A DNA stretch of 64,000 nucleotides. Origin: a virus. Of the stretch, positions 52,037-62,835 are shown piece after piece; positions within the stretch are counted from its first letter, which is position 1; each line of letters opens with the position of its first letter. The position numbers and the translations under genes are program-made. The DNA lies in IMG/VR virus record IMGVR_UViG_3300035034_001349, positions 1-64,000 of that record. The stretch is one strand, 5' to 3'. Under the pieces are notes generated by a model that saw nothing but the letters and a program-made list of their open reading frames with translations, was not told the origin of the DNA and searched no databases.

Positions 52037-52051
52037 TATTTAACATCCTCT

Positions 52052-52795
52052 CTAGTATTTCATAGTTTTCTCTAACGGAGATTCATTTTCATCCGCACCA
52101 GTTCTTGTTTTGTTTACACTTGATATTATAGCTTGGTTCATGTCTTCAAATGTAATATCTGTAAATTGTGAGTTTAAGTTTGCAAGACTCTTTAAACTAA
52201 CAGTTGCATAATCATACTCAGTTGCTTTAGAATTTTCTTTACCTATAGTTCTTCTAAAAGGTTTATCTAAACTATCCTTATTACGGTATAATTCAGCTAC
52301 TATAAATTCTAGTATAAATGAGGGAACACCTACATTTACGTCATTTATATCTAAATTACTATGATATAAATCAATTACCTCACTATATGGTATAGTATTA
52401 GCTAATTTACCACCATGAAGCAGTTTAACGAAGTTCTCTGTACTAGTTGCTGATTCTTCTATACTGTCCGAGTTTAAGAATATATCACCTTTATATAACT
52501 GAAATATTCTATATTTTTCTTCTCCATCTGACTTAATCTTTAATTTATCCTTAAAGCTAGACGAAAAGTTTATTGTGATATCCACTGGTAAGTCTAAACT
52601 AAATATCTCACCTTTTTTATCTTTACTATCGCTAACCATAAAGTAGAACAGTCCTATGGTATTCAACTTATCTGATGTTATCTTAGAAATTCCTTTTTTA
52701 AAGTAGAATTCGGGTATATATACTTCCATATACTCTTCATCAAAAAAGACTTTATTATTTTCTTCTTTCAAGAATGTAAAACCCATCAATATCAC
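52052..52795 (-). CDS. Virion RNA polymerase beta' C-terminal fragment
   Basis: ILEFIVAELYR...NSQFTDITFE parallels HAELIVSKLIR...SPSVSLAFE at the end of the nvRNAP beta' subunit; late promoter 52812-52823. Confidence 0.6.
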   Translation of the reverse strand: MILMGFTFLKEENNKVFFDEEYMEVYIPEFYFKKGISKITSDKLNTIGLFYFMVSDSKDKKGEIFSLDLPVDITINFSSSFKDKLKIKSDGEEKYRIFQLYKGDIFLNSDSIEESATSTENFVKLLHGGKLANTIPYSEVIDLYHSNLDINDVNVGVPSFILEFIVAELYRNKDSLDKPFRRTIGKENSKATEYDYATVSLKSLANLNSQFTDITFEDMNQAIISSVNKTRTGADENESPLEKTMKY

Positions 52796-52821
52796 TCCTT
52801 TCTTAGATTATTAATAGATTG

Positions 52822-53466
52822 TTATAAGTTATCAACGAACTCGATATGTTCATTTATTTTCTCAACTAAATCGAATTCTGATTCTATACGGTCTAACCTA
52901 TCAATTAGCTTGGAAATAAATACTGAGTTTCTGTTGATATCACATTCAACGATAAATTTAAAAAAAGTGTAAATAAAATATCTCTTATTCTTTCTATTCA
53001 TACCATTCAGTACTTTATTTAACTTAGTAAATAAGAATCTAGGATTTTTGAAAGTATACATACTATTGCCTAATATATGGATAACTTTTTCTGTAATAAT
53101 TTTCATTTCACCATTAGATAAATCTTCTTTAACATCCTTAGCCAGTTCCTTATCAAATAGAGGCTCAATACTGTATATAAATTTAAATTGATTCATTAAG
53201 TAGTCAACTTCAATTATTTTCTCAGTATCACTCTCATCTAATGTATCTCTCAACTTCTTTAACTTATATAAATAAATCTTTTCATCATCTAATAAATTAG
53301 ATAAGTCAAAACCATCAATCTCTTCTTCTAGATCTTTATTTAGATTATCTATCTGATTGATTATTTTATCTAATTCTTTTAATTCTTTCTTATCACTCTT
53401 ATCTAACTCATCAAAACCTTTAAAGGCTTCTACTAAATCTTTCATAGTATCTGTTTGCATGTCCAT
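52822..53466 (-). CDS. Hypothetical protein
   Basis: 214 aa, SD present. Confidence 0.75.
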   Translation of the reverse strand: MDMQTDTMKDLVEAFKGFDELDKSDKKELKELDKIINQIDNLNKDLEEEIDGFDLSNLLDDEKIYLYKLKKLRDTLDESDTEKIIEVDYLMNQFKFIYSIEPLFDKELAKDVKEDLSNGEMKIITEKVIHILGNSMYTFKNPRFLFTKLNKVLNGMNRKNKRYFIYTFFKFIVECDINRNSVFISKLIDRLDRIESEFDLVEKINEHIEFVDNL

Positions 53467-53484
53467 CCTCCTATTATTATATTA

Positions 53485-54243
53485 TTAATCATCACTCTTT
53501 GGTAACATTTTAGTCACTTCATTAGTTATTTGTATTATCAAATCATTTCTATTTTCAGACTCTGATTGTAGTGGTTTAAAAAAGTTAGTATAGAATTCTG
53601 GTCCTACCATTCCCATTAACTCATTTTCCTCAAAGAATATTTCATTGATTAGAGCTAATGACGATTCCATTTCATCAGTAGATATAATACTTTTCATAAT
53701 ATTCTCTGAATTAGTATTAGTATTGATTATACCGTTTACTATATCTCTTACAGATACTATAATAACAACCTCATCAATAGACTTAAATACACGTTTTAAT
53801 GACTTCACTTGAATTGATTTCCTATTTAAATCAGATTTAAAGTTTTCTATATAGTCTTCTTTATTCTCATTAATATCAGACACAATGAAATCTATTAATT
53901 TTTCCTTATAATCTAATATAAATGCTTTGTATAGAGCATCAATATATAGGAAAAAGTCATCATCTAATATTTCATGTCTCCCAATATTTGTAGTTAAGTC
54001 AAATTTAGTCTCTATGTCTTCTAATAAACTCTCGTATATAGAGAATTTTTCTTCTAATATTTTTTCCATTACTTCATCATCTTCAGAGTACTTAAGCTTA
54101 ATTAAATTGTACCTATCTTTGAATATCTCTAGTACATTTGAAGGACTATATGACATTAAAATCTGCTCATCAACCTGTTCTCTTAGGTTTTCATACAATA
54201 TACTGTCTGATAACCTACTGACTACTTCATCTACATAGTACAT
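53485..54243 (-). CDS. Hypothetical acidic protein
   Basis: 252 aa, SD present. Confidence 0.75.
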   Translation of the reverse strand: MYYVDEVVSRLSDSILYENLREQVDEQILMSYSPSNVLEIFKDRYNLIKLKYSEDDEVMEKILEEKFSIYESLLEDIETKFDLTTNIGRHEILDDDFFLYIDALYKAFILDYKEKLIDFIVSDINENKEDYIENFKSDLNRKSIQVKSLKRVFKSIDEVVIIVSVRDIVNGIINTNTNSENIMKSIISTDEMESSLALINEIFFEENELMGMVGPEFYTNFFKPLQSESENRNDLIIQITNEVTKMLPKSDD

Positions 54244-54257
54244 TATCTCACCCTTTC

Positions 54258-54512
54258 CTATTCTTCAATTGTAGCAATTATGTCTCTAGTCGTTATTGCT
54301 AAAATATCTTTTTTATGAAACTTTATCTTTGTTTTCATAGTCATTTGTTGTACAATTAGCTTAGTGCCTTTAGTATACTTAGCACTATCTTCTATTACTT
54401 CACATACTAAATATCCATCATGATTATTTGTAATTAAAGAATCACTACCATCTAGTATATCGCTACTTATTTCCTTTACTAATACATTATCTCCAACTGG
54501 AATTAATTTCAT
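54258..54512 (-). CDS. GroES-like co-chaperonin
   Basis: MKLIPVGDNVLVKE at the N-terminus and DIIATIEE at the C-terminus; late promoter 54549-54560. Confidence 0.65.
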   Translation of the reverse strand: MKLIPVGDNVLVKEISSDILDGSDSLITNNHDGYLVCEVIEDSAKYTKGTKLIVQQMTMKTKIKFHKKDILAITTRDIIATIEE

Positions 54513-54580
54513 TATAACACTCCTTTTTTACGCTATACATTCATTCTATATTGAGTTGTTAATATTAAATAAAAAAAAAA

Positions 54581-56527
54581 TTACTTATTTAGAGACAGTA
54601 TTCTACTTATTCCATTCGTCTTTCTAACTTTCTTATTTAATTGGTCATTTATAACCTTATCCATTAATTCATTTTCACTATTGCTAAATGAACTATTATT
54701 ATAACTAGATACCTTAGAAAAGTCTCTAGCCTTACTTCTATTTTGTTTCTCAAATTCTTTAGTACTATCAAATCCTGGAACTATCCATTTATTTAAGTCC
54801 TCACCATATGATAACACGTAACGCCCTATTAAATAAGCCATAACACTATCATCATGTTCACCATTTCTATGCTCTATTTTCCCTCTGCTATTTCGCTCTA
54901 ATGTCTTAATCTCATTATATAAAGTAGTTGTTGCCACTTCTTCAGGATTATTTTTCACAACATCTGTTAGGATTTCTAACATTAATGGACGAGTCTTTTT
55001 ATTAGTAGGAACTCCATACTCTAATGTTTGAGTTCTATTTTTAATATGTCTTGATTTCTTTACATCCTTAACTTTACGTTTACCTTTAGTTCTTCTCTTA
55101 GTGTAGTATAAATTCTTCCTTATATCTGTCTTCATAAGATTATCAAGAATATTTTTACCATAACTATTAGATTCTATAGCTAATAATGAGTTTGTAAAAT
55201 AATTCTTTATTAATTTGTATAGTAATATATTAAATTCAGCAGTATCTATAACATTATTACTGAACTCAGCAGCTGTTTTCATTGTATTAGGGTGGATTAC
55301 TTGAATAGTAGAGGAGTCTCTTGATAGACCTCCTGCCACATCGACACCTATTACATAAGGATATTCAAAATTGAGTTCTTCATATACGTCAATTCTATAA
55401 TGGTCAATAAAGAATTTACCTATTGGTGTTCTCTCTAAGTCCTTCAATGTTGTTAACTGTTCCTCTGTGTATATTGAATTATCTGTGGAGTATAACCATT
55501 CAAGAAGTATCTCTCTCTTTACCTTAAACATATCACCTTGTAGGGTACGTATTTGAGATTTCAACCATTTTTCATTATGACCTAGTTCCTTATAGGTAAA
55601 TTTTATATAGATAAAGTCATTCTTAGAATTCTTGAGTATATACCTATCTACATCACTATCACTCCAGTCATACATTTCTTCAACAAAGTCACACGAATCC
55701 TCAATCATATCATGACAATGCTTCCCTTCATCAATATCTAAGTTATTTGGAGTGGTTGTTATTATACGTCCATATGGTCTATTAGCTTCTCTAGCTAACT
55801 CCATAGCCTTAGATGTCGCTGGTGCACCTGACTGAATCATTATTTCATTATATTTAATCCATGCGTACTCATCAAGCCATTGACATGCAGTAGTATTACC
55901 TCTACCCTTCTTATCAGCGGCACTAACACTGCTTGCAGGTGATACAGCTTTTATAGTATTATTATTTTTAGTACTTGATATTGACTCCTTCTTATTAGTA
56001 TCATCCTTAGAACGGAACTGTAAATAATCAGGTAAATTCTCATATATATCTTTGAATCTCTTTAAGTTCAGTTTAGAGTCTGATGCTTCCTTATTGAAAA
56101 ATAGTATCTCATTATTTCTTGATGCAAAGTTATAGATATAAATATAATTACACACAGTTGAAATAGTCTTACCATGCTGACGTGGTAGTAATAATATTAA
56201 ACTTTTATTATTAAACATTGCCCATGATAGTGCCAGATTTCCTCTATGTAGCTTATATTGGATATCTCCTGCAACAGTTGGTATTCTTATTACTTCACGT
56301 AATAAATACCATGGATTCTTCATACATTCATTTGCGATTCTAGTTTTTTGTTCTAATGTAAGATCTTCAGAATGAGGGTTGACCCCTTTTAAACTCTTAT
56401 CATATAGTCTTAAAAAAAATTTATTATTCTTGACTCCTAACTTTTTGAGTATAATTGCCATTGATAAAAATGATTTATTCTTTGTAGAAAGATCAATAAC
56501 ATATTTATCACTACTCATATTAATCAT
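54581..56527 (-). CDS. Terminase large subunit
   Basis: PRQHGKT, GRG, WLDE, TTP; nuclease IGVDVAGG, DSS, ESN, HDDSVMA. Confidence 0.92.
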   Translation of the reverse strand: MINMSSDKYVIDLSTKNKSFLSMAIILKKLGVKNNKFFLRLYDKSLKGVNPHSEDLTLEQKTRIANECMKNPWYLLREVIRIPTVAGDIQYKLHRGNLALSWAMFNNKSLILLLPRQHGKTISTVCNYIYIYNFASRNNEILFFNKEASDSKLNLKRFKDIYENLPDYLQFRSKDDTNKKESISSTKNNNTIKAVSPASSVSAADKKGRGNTTACQWLDEYAWIKYNEIMIQSGAPATSKAMELAREANRPYGRIITTTPNNLDIDEGKHCHDMIEDSCDFVEEMYDWSDSDVDRYILKNSKNDFIYIKFTYKELGHNEKWLKSQIRTLQGDMFKVKREILLEWLYSTDNSIYTEEQLTTLKDLERTPIGKFFIDHYRIDVYEELNFEYPYVIGVDVAGGLSRDSSTIQVIHPNTMKTAAEFSNNVIDTAEFNILLYKLIKNYFTNSLLAIESNSYGKNILDNLMKTDIRKNLYYTKRRTKGKRKVKDVKKSRHIKNRTQTLEYGVPTNKKTRPLMLEILTDVVKNNPEEVATTTLYNEIKTLERNSRGKIEHRNGEHDDSVMAYLIGRYVLSYGEDLNKWIVPGFDSTKEFEKQNRSKARDFSKVSSYNNSSFSNSENELMDKVINDQLNKKVRKTNGISRILSLNK

Positions 56528-56579
56528 CCCCTTATATTATTACACCTAACAACAATTAAGTTATTAGGTGTAAGTTAAT

Positions 56580-57440
56580 TTAATTCTTCTCTAAAAATCT
56601 TATTTGAGATTTTAGTAATTCACGTTCATATGGACTATCAGCCATATCAAGATTCTTTTTTATATCCTTAAGAATTCTACGTCTTCGTTGTAGAAAATTA
56701 TCACCTAAATCTAACATAAATCCTATAAATGAATCTCTATCTTCATCATCTAATTGTTGTCCCTTAACAAATGCTCTAACTTTTAGTAATGCTTCAGATA
56801 AAGCCTGACCGTACCCATACTTAACTGCAAATGAGTCTGCTCTTACCTCAGTTTTATTCTTACCCAACAATAAATCACTAGGCATAGAGAATAATGTTGC
56901 AAATGTCATCTTAGTAAATGAACCTACTCTACCCATTTCTTTATAGTTGCTTGAGTTTAAATCCTTTACAGGTTCAGATATTGCAGACATCTTTCTGGTA
57001 TATACATTATTTATCTCATCTGCTATCTTTGAGTTTTCAGCTTTATGACCAATCTCATGTAATAATACCGCTACAATTTGTCTTGTACTAAAGCTCTCGA
57101 TTAATTGTGAATCAATTTCAATAACTACTTCATTGCAATCCTTAAATACATATCCATCATCGTTGTTCATTATTTCCATAGTCTTATTTTGTAGCTCTTC
57201 CTTAGATGGGAATATTCTCATTCCAAAGAAATGCTTATGTGCCTTAACTATGTAGATATCAGATACATACATATTGAATTCATCATATATAATACTAGAT
57301 AACTCATCATTGTGAGTATCCATTGTTTTATACATATCTGAACTACTCTTAATATCTTTAAAAAATAACTCCATTTCTTGAATATTTTCTTTGATATATA
57401 ATTTCTCATTGACTATCATACCATTCATCATATAAATCAA
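56580..57440 (-). CDS. Zincin metallopeptidase-like late protein
   Basis: LLHEIGH plus EVRADSFA..GYG; late promoter 57495-57506. Confidence 0.7.
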   Translation of the reverse strand: MIYMMNGMIVNEKLYIKENIQEMELFFKDIKSSSDMYKTMDTHNDELSSIIYDEFNMYVSDIYIVKAHKHFFGMRIFPSKEELQNKTMEIMNNDDGYVFKDCNEVVIEIDSQLIESFSTRQIVAVLLHEIGHKAENSKIADEINNVYTRKMSAISEPVKDLNSSNYKEMGRVGSFTKMTFATLFSMPSDLLLGKNKTEVRADSFAVKYGYGQALSEALLKVRAFVKGQQLDDEDRDSFIGFMLDLGDNFLQRRRRILKDIKKNLDMADSPYERELLKSQIRFLEKN

Positions 57441-57576
57441 CCTTTCTGTTTTTATTGTAAAAATCCTATTTTTCTATGTTCCTGTAACGTTAATTAATAT
57501 TATGTTAATTTCTTTATCATATGTATATATACAAAAAAAAAATATTCACCTATAATTAAATAGGTGAATACTTCTA

Positions 57577-57885
57577 TTAATTTACTTTTATATGAACTAT
57601 AGTATTGATTAATTCACTACTACCTAGTCCTAAACTATTTGACTTTAATATTCTTTCTATTTCTTCAACAATGTCTGCTTCACAATTATCTGGTTGTTCA
57701 CTTGCATTATGGTAGATAAATCCATCTTTAATAAATACTAAATTACAACTTACCATTGCAAGTAATGCTTCAGATATAGTAGACTTACTATAACCTTCAT
57801 TGATAAATTGAATAAAGAAATTCTCTTTCTTTACTATCTTTTCTTCTACCACCATATCAAACATTGTCTCTTGTACATTTGTCAT
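57577..57885 (-). CDS. Hypothetical protein, possible winged helix (early)
   Basis: 102 aa, AAAGGAGGT SD, early promoter 57931-57949. Confidence 0.65.
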   Translation of the reverse strand: MTNVQETMFDMVVEEKIVKKENFFIQFINEGYSKSTISEALLAMVSCNLVFIKDGFIYHNASEQPDNCEADIVEEIERILKSNSLGLGSSELINTIVHIKVN

Positions 57886-57949
57886 AATTAAATGACCTCC
57901 TTTAATTAATCTATACTATTATTGATACCTATCACTTTTATAATATATA

Positions 57950-58250
57950 AGTGAATATTCAATATATACGATTTTTTTTTAATAAAAAAATATTATATTA
58001 ACAGATAATTACATAAAATATTTATATTAATTATTAATTATAAGGGGATTAGGGGTTTAATATTATTATTTATTTTATTATTAAATTTTATATATTATAA
58101 TTAATTATATATTTATTATTATTATTTTATTATTAAATTTTATATATTATATATTTATTATATTAATTTATATATTATGTATTTTATATTATTTTTAATT
58201 AATTATATTATATATTTATTATTAAATTTATATAGTATGTAAAAATATTA
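57950..58250. repeat. A/T-only tract with direct repeats; origin-like
   Basis: TATTTTATTATTAAATTTTATATATTATA at ~58071 and ~58123, partial third copy at ~58215; G-rich box AAGGGGATTAGGGGTT at ~58042. Confidence 0.5.
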
Positions 58251-58296
58251 AGAATATCTCTATATCTAATAATAGATATAGAGATATTCATTTGTA

Positions 58297-58575
58297 TTAC
58301 TTATTAACTAAATTCTTTAGAGTCTTTCCAGCTCTAAATGTTACTTGTTCTCTTTTACCAATATCGTAAGTCTCATCAGGATTTCTAGGATTTCTACCTT
58401 TTCTAGCCTTCATAGTCTTAACGTTGAAAGATCCAAAACCTGTTAGTTGACATCTTCCTTCTTCCTTTAAGCCTTCACTGATAACCTTGATTACAGCATC
58501 AACAGCTTTCTTTCCATCTTTCTTAGTACAGTTAAGTTCATTTGAAACTTCCTCTGTGATTTGTCTTAAATTCAT
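58297..58575 (-). CDS. hup: HU family DNA-binding protein
   Basis: LTGFGSF, ARKGRNP, VTFRAGKTLK. Confidence 0.95.
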   Translation of the reverse strand: MNLRQITEEVSNELNCTKKDGKKAVDAVIKVISEGLKEEGRCQLTGFGSFNVKTMKARKGRNPRNPDETYDIGKREQVTFRAGKTLKNLVNK

Positions 58576-58811
58576 AATCCACCTCTCTTAAATTCATTTT
58601 TTAATTTTTTAAACATTAATTTTAACAAAGTTATTAATAGTATAAATTTTCAGTTTTACTATGTTAATTTAACTTTATTATTAAATTGTTTATTGACTCT
58701 TATGTAGTTATTTAATTTTTTATTTAAACAACCAATAGATAGTATATAAAAATATTATCTTAATATAATGTTACATAAATTACTATGAAAATTATTATTT
58801 TTTTATTTAAA

Positions 58812-58830
58812 TATATATTATAACAATGAT
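58812..58830 (+). promoter_or_regulatory. Early promoter
   Basis: TATATATTATAACAATGAT upstream of nvRNAP beta-N. Confidence 0.7.
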
Positions 58831-58878
58831 ACAATATGATTAAATTTTATTAAATACTATATTAAGTATTGAGAGGAG

Positions 58879-60354
58879 ATGTTAGTATTGAAGAAACATT
58901 TGTCAGTATATGGTAAAGAAAACAAAGAGAGGTTTAATGAAGATTTCATATATATGAAAAGAACTGATAACGTTCTTGATTATATTAATGATGTATGTAA
59001 AGCATTAGAAGTTATTGAGGGGGTAAAATTTATAGGTTCTGAGATATCCCATGATGAAAGTGAAATAAAGACCAGAGGTAAGAAAAATAATAAGTGGATA
59101 TCATTAGACGAATCAAGACTTGATTTAATTAAGCTACACTTTGAAGTAACTGGTATAGCAGGGAGAAAAAGAGTTACTAAAACAGAGACAGTTGAGAAGA
59201 CTATTTTATATCCTAAGTTAATTGATGATTTCTATTTCTTAATAGACGGAGTTACTTACTTCCCTATATATCAGATAATAGACTTAGCGACGTATAATAC
59301 ACCAAAGTCATTAAGACTTAAGACATTGTTAATGCCTATGGTACTAAGAGAGAAAGAATTGAAGTTTACAAGTGTTGATGACACTGAATTTATTGAATCA
59401 ACGTATCTAGTAGATCTATTCAAGTATAAGTTAAATGTATTATTCTATTATTTTGCTGAGTTTGGATATGATATAGCTGATAAGTTTGGATATTCTGAAG
59501 ATGATATAGGTCTAATGAATATTAATGAAGATGAGCTTACTAATAGAGACGAATACTTCCTATTTGAAGTGAATAAGAAAGGTCTTCATGTATATATTCA
59601 TGAGGGTATGCTGGAAGAAGGAACTTTTAAAAGAAAGTTCTCAATGATGTATTTGGATATGATTAATTTCAATAGTAGAATGACAATTGATAAGATAGCT
59701 AACAATGATTATTGGAAAAAGAGATTAGGTGCTACATTCACATCTAACCCTAATTCTCAAATTGAGAAATCAGATAAGATTTTATTATCATTCAAGAGAA
59801 TACTGGATGAGAGAACGAAGAAGATACTAAGAATTAAGGAAGAATACAAGGAAGATACATTTACTATAATTCAGTGGATGATGCGTAATTATGACAGATT
59901 CATGGAGAAAGATAATATGGACTTATCAAATAAACGTATAAGATTACATGAGTATTTAATATATCCACTACTGACTAGATTCTCAAGTATAACTTATAGA
60001 TTATTGAATAAGACTACACCTACACTTAATCAGAAGATGCAACTATTTAGTACTCTTGGACCTGGCTTTATTATAAAGAAGCTTAAGAAGAATGAGTTAC
60101 TTAGATATAATAACTGTGTTAATGGTTTAGATTTAATTAATGGAGGTCTTAAGTTTACACAATCTGGTCCTCAAAGTCTTGGGGATGGTAATAAAAATAT
60201 TAAAGTAAGATATAGAGGTATACATTCTAGTTATGTTGGACGTATTGGACTTACAGCATCATCAAGTTCAGACCCAGGGATTTCTGGAACATTTGTGCCA
60301 TTTATTGAAACACAAGGTTTATATTTCACAGACCCTGAACCTGAAGATAATTAA
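58879..60354 (+). CDS. Non-virion RNA polymerase beta N-terminal subunit
   Basis: FLIDGVTYFPIYQ, DLSNKRIRLHE, GPQSLG, RGIHSSYVGRI..SSSDPGISG; early promoter. Confidence 0.85.
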   Translation: MLVLKKHLSVYGKENKERFNEDFIYMKRTDNVLDYINDVCKALEVIEGVKFIGSEISHDESEIKTRGKKNNKWISLDESRLDLIKLHFEVTGIAGRKRVTKTETVEKTILYPKLIDDFYFLIDGVTYFPIYQIIDLATYNTPKSLRLKTLLMPMVLREKELKFTSVDDTEFIESTYLVDLFKYKLNVLFYYFAEFGYDIADKFGYSEDDIGLMNINEDELTNRDEYFLFEVNKKGLHVYIHEGMLEEGTFKRKFSMMYLDMINFNSRMTIDKIANNDYWKKRLGATFTSNPNSQIEKSDKILLSFKRILDERTKKILRIKEEYKEDTFTIIQWMMRNYDRFMEKDNMDLSNKRIRLHEYLIYPLLTRFSSITYRLLNKTTPTLNQKMQLFSTLGPGFIIKKLKKNELLRYNNCVNGLDLINGGLKFTQSGPQSLGDGNKNIKVRYRGIHSSYVGRIGLTASSSSDPGISGTFVPFIETQGLYFTDPEPEDN

Positions 60355-60367
60355 GGAGCTGTTATAA

Positions 60368-60739
60368 ATGATAAAAACTGTATATAAAGTAAAATCACAT
60401 TCAGAAGAGGAAGTTATATTCATTGAGAGAGAATTTAATTTCCTTGGATTATTTAAGATACCGTATATTAAGAAGTTGGAGAGTCCTGAGTATGTATATT
60501 GGATAGAACATAGAATAGATGAGGGAAGGTACTGGTACTGCGAATATAAACCAGTTCTTAAACGTATTCATAAAGGTAAAGAAGTATATGAATATAAACT
60601 TCACCAACATCATTCTAAACAAAAAACAGAGAAGAGTGCTACAAAAATAGTTGAAGACATTGAATTAAGATCTGAGAAGAATGGCTATATTAGTGATGTG
60701 ATTACAGACTCTAGGAGTTTAAGGGGATTATATCTATAG
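60368..60739 (+). CDS. Hypothetical protein
   Basis: 123 aa, AAGGAG SD. Confidence 0.7.
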   Translation: MIKTVYKVKSHSEEEVIFIEREFNFLGLFKIPYIKKLESPEYVYWIEHRIDEGRYWYCEYKPVLKRIHKGKEVYEYKLHQHHSKQKTEKSATKIVEDIELRSEKNGYISDVITDSRSLRGLYL

Positions 60740-60748
60740 GAGGAGTTA

Positions 60749-61228
60749 ATGAATAACGGTACAGTGGTTAAGGACTTTAAAGTGTATGAATTGGAGAATG
60801 TAATAGAATCATTAGGTGTTAAGCCTAATGATACAATTATAATAAAGAGTAAAGTAAACAATCCACATTATATTAGTGACGATTGTAAAAAAATAATAAA
60901 TTGTAATGATTCTGAATTGAGTATATTATCATTAATTGGCGAGGAATATATTATATTGCATGGTTATGAACATATAAGTAATGCAATGAGATTAATCAGA
61001 TGTATCAATAATGATATACCTTTGTTTTGCATGATTATTGAACACGGAGAAGTAAAAAATAAATTAAAGCTTCATCCAGTTAAGTATATCAAAAATAATG
61101 CTATTAATTTAGAGGGTTTAGCCATATATCCTCATGATGATATAGAGACTATGAGTAAGCATATTAGTTTCTTAGAGTTTGAAGATTATAAGTTCTTTAG
61201 ACGTAAGAAAGAACGAAGAGCGACATAA
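60749..61228 (+). CDS. Hypothetical protein
   Basis: 159 aa, AGGAGGAG SD. Confidence 0.7.
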   Translation: MNNGTVVKDFKVYELENVIESLGVKPNDTIIIKSKVNNPHYISDDCKKIINCNDSELSILSLIGEEYIILHGYEHISNAMRLIRCINNDIPLFCMIIEHGEVKNKLKLHPVKYIKNNAINLEGLAIYPHDDIETMSKHISFLEFEDYKFFRRKKERRAT

Positions 61229-61280
61229 TAAGTAATAAATATTCCATTAACCTTATGGGTTAATGGAATTTATTTTTTTT

Positions 61281-61970
61281 TTATCTTATAAATATCTTTC
61301 GTCTATTAGCACTTTTATGAGAATGTTGTCTGAATGTTTCCAGTATATCTTTTCTATCATCTTCAGCACCCTCAAGTTTATTCATGAATAGTTCTATACT
61401 CCCATATAAAGTTTCGATATTATTGAACCTAAATCTTATAGGATATAAGAACTTCCTAACATCACAAATAGCTAGCTCATAGAATTGATCCTTAAGAGAA
61501 ATAGGGATAGTCGAAAAATGGTCAGGATGAACTGCTTTTATTTGAACTGTGAATTTACTTACTAAACTTTTTTTTGGAAATATTTCTATAAGTGATGGTG
61601 GATGAAATTGATGTGTTACTGGTTGCATCATCATAGAAGATGCATTACTAGCGGCTTGTCTATCTAAAGGACTTCTAGATAATAATCCACTGTTATATGC
61701 ACCATTACCAGTGTTGCCATAACTTAAAATTACCTTAGAAACAGATAATATATCGTAATCAGTATCTAAGAAATACATTTCTTCAGCACCATGCTTGTCT
61801 TTATCAGGTGTAACAATTACCTCCGCATAATGAGGAAAGTATTTACTAAATGTAGGTAAAGTTTCTTCCCTTATTATATCAAGTATTTCTTCTTTACTTA
61901 TTTCTAATACTTGATGAGTCACACCTAACATACCATCTATATGTCTAATAACTTTGGTAGGTGTTAACAA
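61281..61970 (-). CDS. Virion structural protein, possibly head-completion/neck
   Basis: Follows the prohead protease in a late operon; helical N- and C-termini flank a beta domain. Confidence 0.45.
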   Translation of the reverse strand: MLTPTKVIRHIDGMLGVTHQVLEISKEEILDIIREETLPTFSKYFPHYAEVIVTPDKDKHGAEEMYFLDTDYDILSVSKVILSYGNTGNGAYNSGLLSRSPLDRQAASNASSMMMQPVTHQFHPPSLIEIFPKKSLVSKFTVQIKAVHPDHFSTIPISLKDQFYELAICDVRKFLYPIRFRFNNIETLYGSIELFMNKLEGAEDDRKDILETFRQHSHKSANRRKIFIR

Positions 61971-61986
61971 ATTGGATCACCTCCGT

Positions 61987-62835
61987 TTATTTAAAAATCT
62001 CTATTAAATCAGTATCTAATTGTTTCTTAGCATAATCTTCAATACGAACTTTAAATTTCTTACTACCTTCTTTAACATCTAAAAATCTAGCATCTTCATT
62101 CAAAGTAATATGAGATTCATTCATGGCTAAGTCAAACTTCTTAATTATGTCTTCCATGTCATTATCTTCATCACATATGAAGTCTGTCATATCTTCATTC
62201 TCAGTTAATGGTATTATTGAACCTTCTGATAACAACTTTAAATCAGCATTTTTATTAGGTAAAAGACTATCCATAGTTGACTCAGATAAGAATTTTTCCA
62301 TATATGCTATCTCATGAGATGGATGAATAACCCAGTCATAAGTAAATATTTTAATAGGGTCTTTAACATATAGTATATTACCTTGTTGTTCAGTTTTACT
62401 ACCTAGACCTCTCATTGAAAATGCAACTTCAGAACCTTGACGAATTAGTCCCATCATATCTCTACCACTTCTTGTATTAGCAGTCTCTATAAGACCTTTA
62501 ACTACATTACCTTCAAACCATACCTCACGAATAATATGAGATATTCTAGTCTGATCTATATGTAATTGTCGTTTAACATCATTTGATAAAGGATGTCCAC
62601 ATTCACCATACCATGCTTTTCTTTCTAAGCGTTCTTGAATATAATCACTATTTAGTGCATTCTTTAAACCTTTATACTGATAAGATCTTCTATTTCTATT
62701 AGGAGTATCTGCATCTTGTAATACTGCTTTAAATGTAACAGAATTAGTAGCTTCGTTATATCCTACAATTTCAGGTTTAGAAGTAATTGTACTTTCAGAA
62801 ATTAAAAAGGCATTATTTTTTTCCATAATCATCAT
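61987..62835 (-). CDS. Prohead protease (T4 gp21-like)
   Basis: NRNRRSY, GECGHP, ISHII, FSMRGLG, DWVIHPS; late promoter 62873-62884. Confidence 0.9.
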   Translation of the reverse strand: MMIMEKNNAFLISESTITSKPEIVGYNEATNSVTFKAVLQDADTPNRNRRSYQYKGLKNALNSDYIQERLERKAWYGECGHPLSNDVKRQLHIDQTRISHIIREVWFEGNVVKGLIETANTRSGRDMMGLIRQGSEVAFSMRGLGSKTEQQGNILYVKDPIKIFTYDWVIHPSHEIAYMEKFLSESTMDSLLPNKNADLKLLSEGSIIPLTENEDMTDFICDEDNDMEDIIKKFDLAMNESHITLNEDARFLDVKEGSKKFKVRIEDYAKKQLDTDLIEIFK

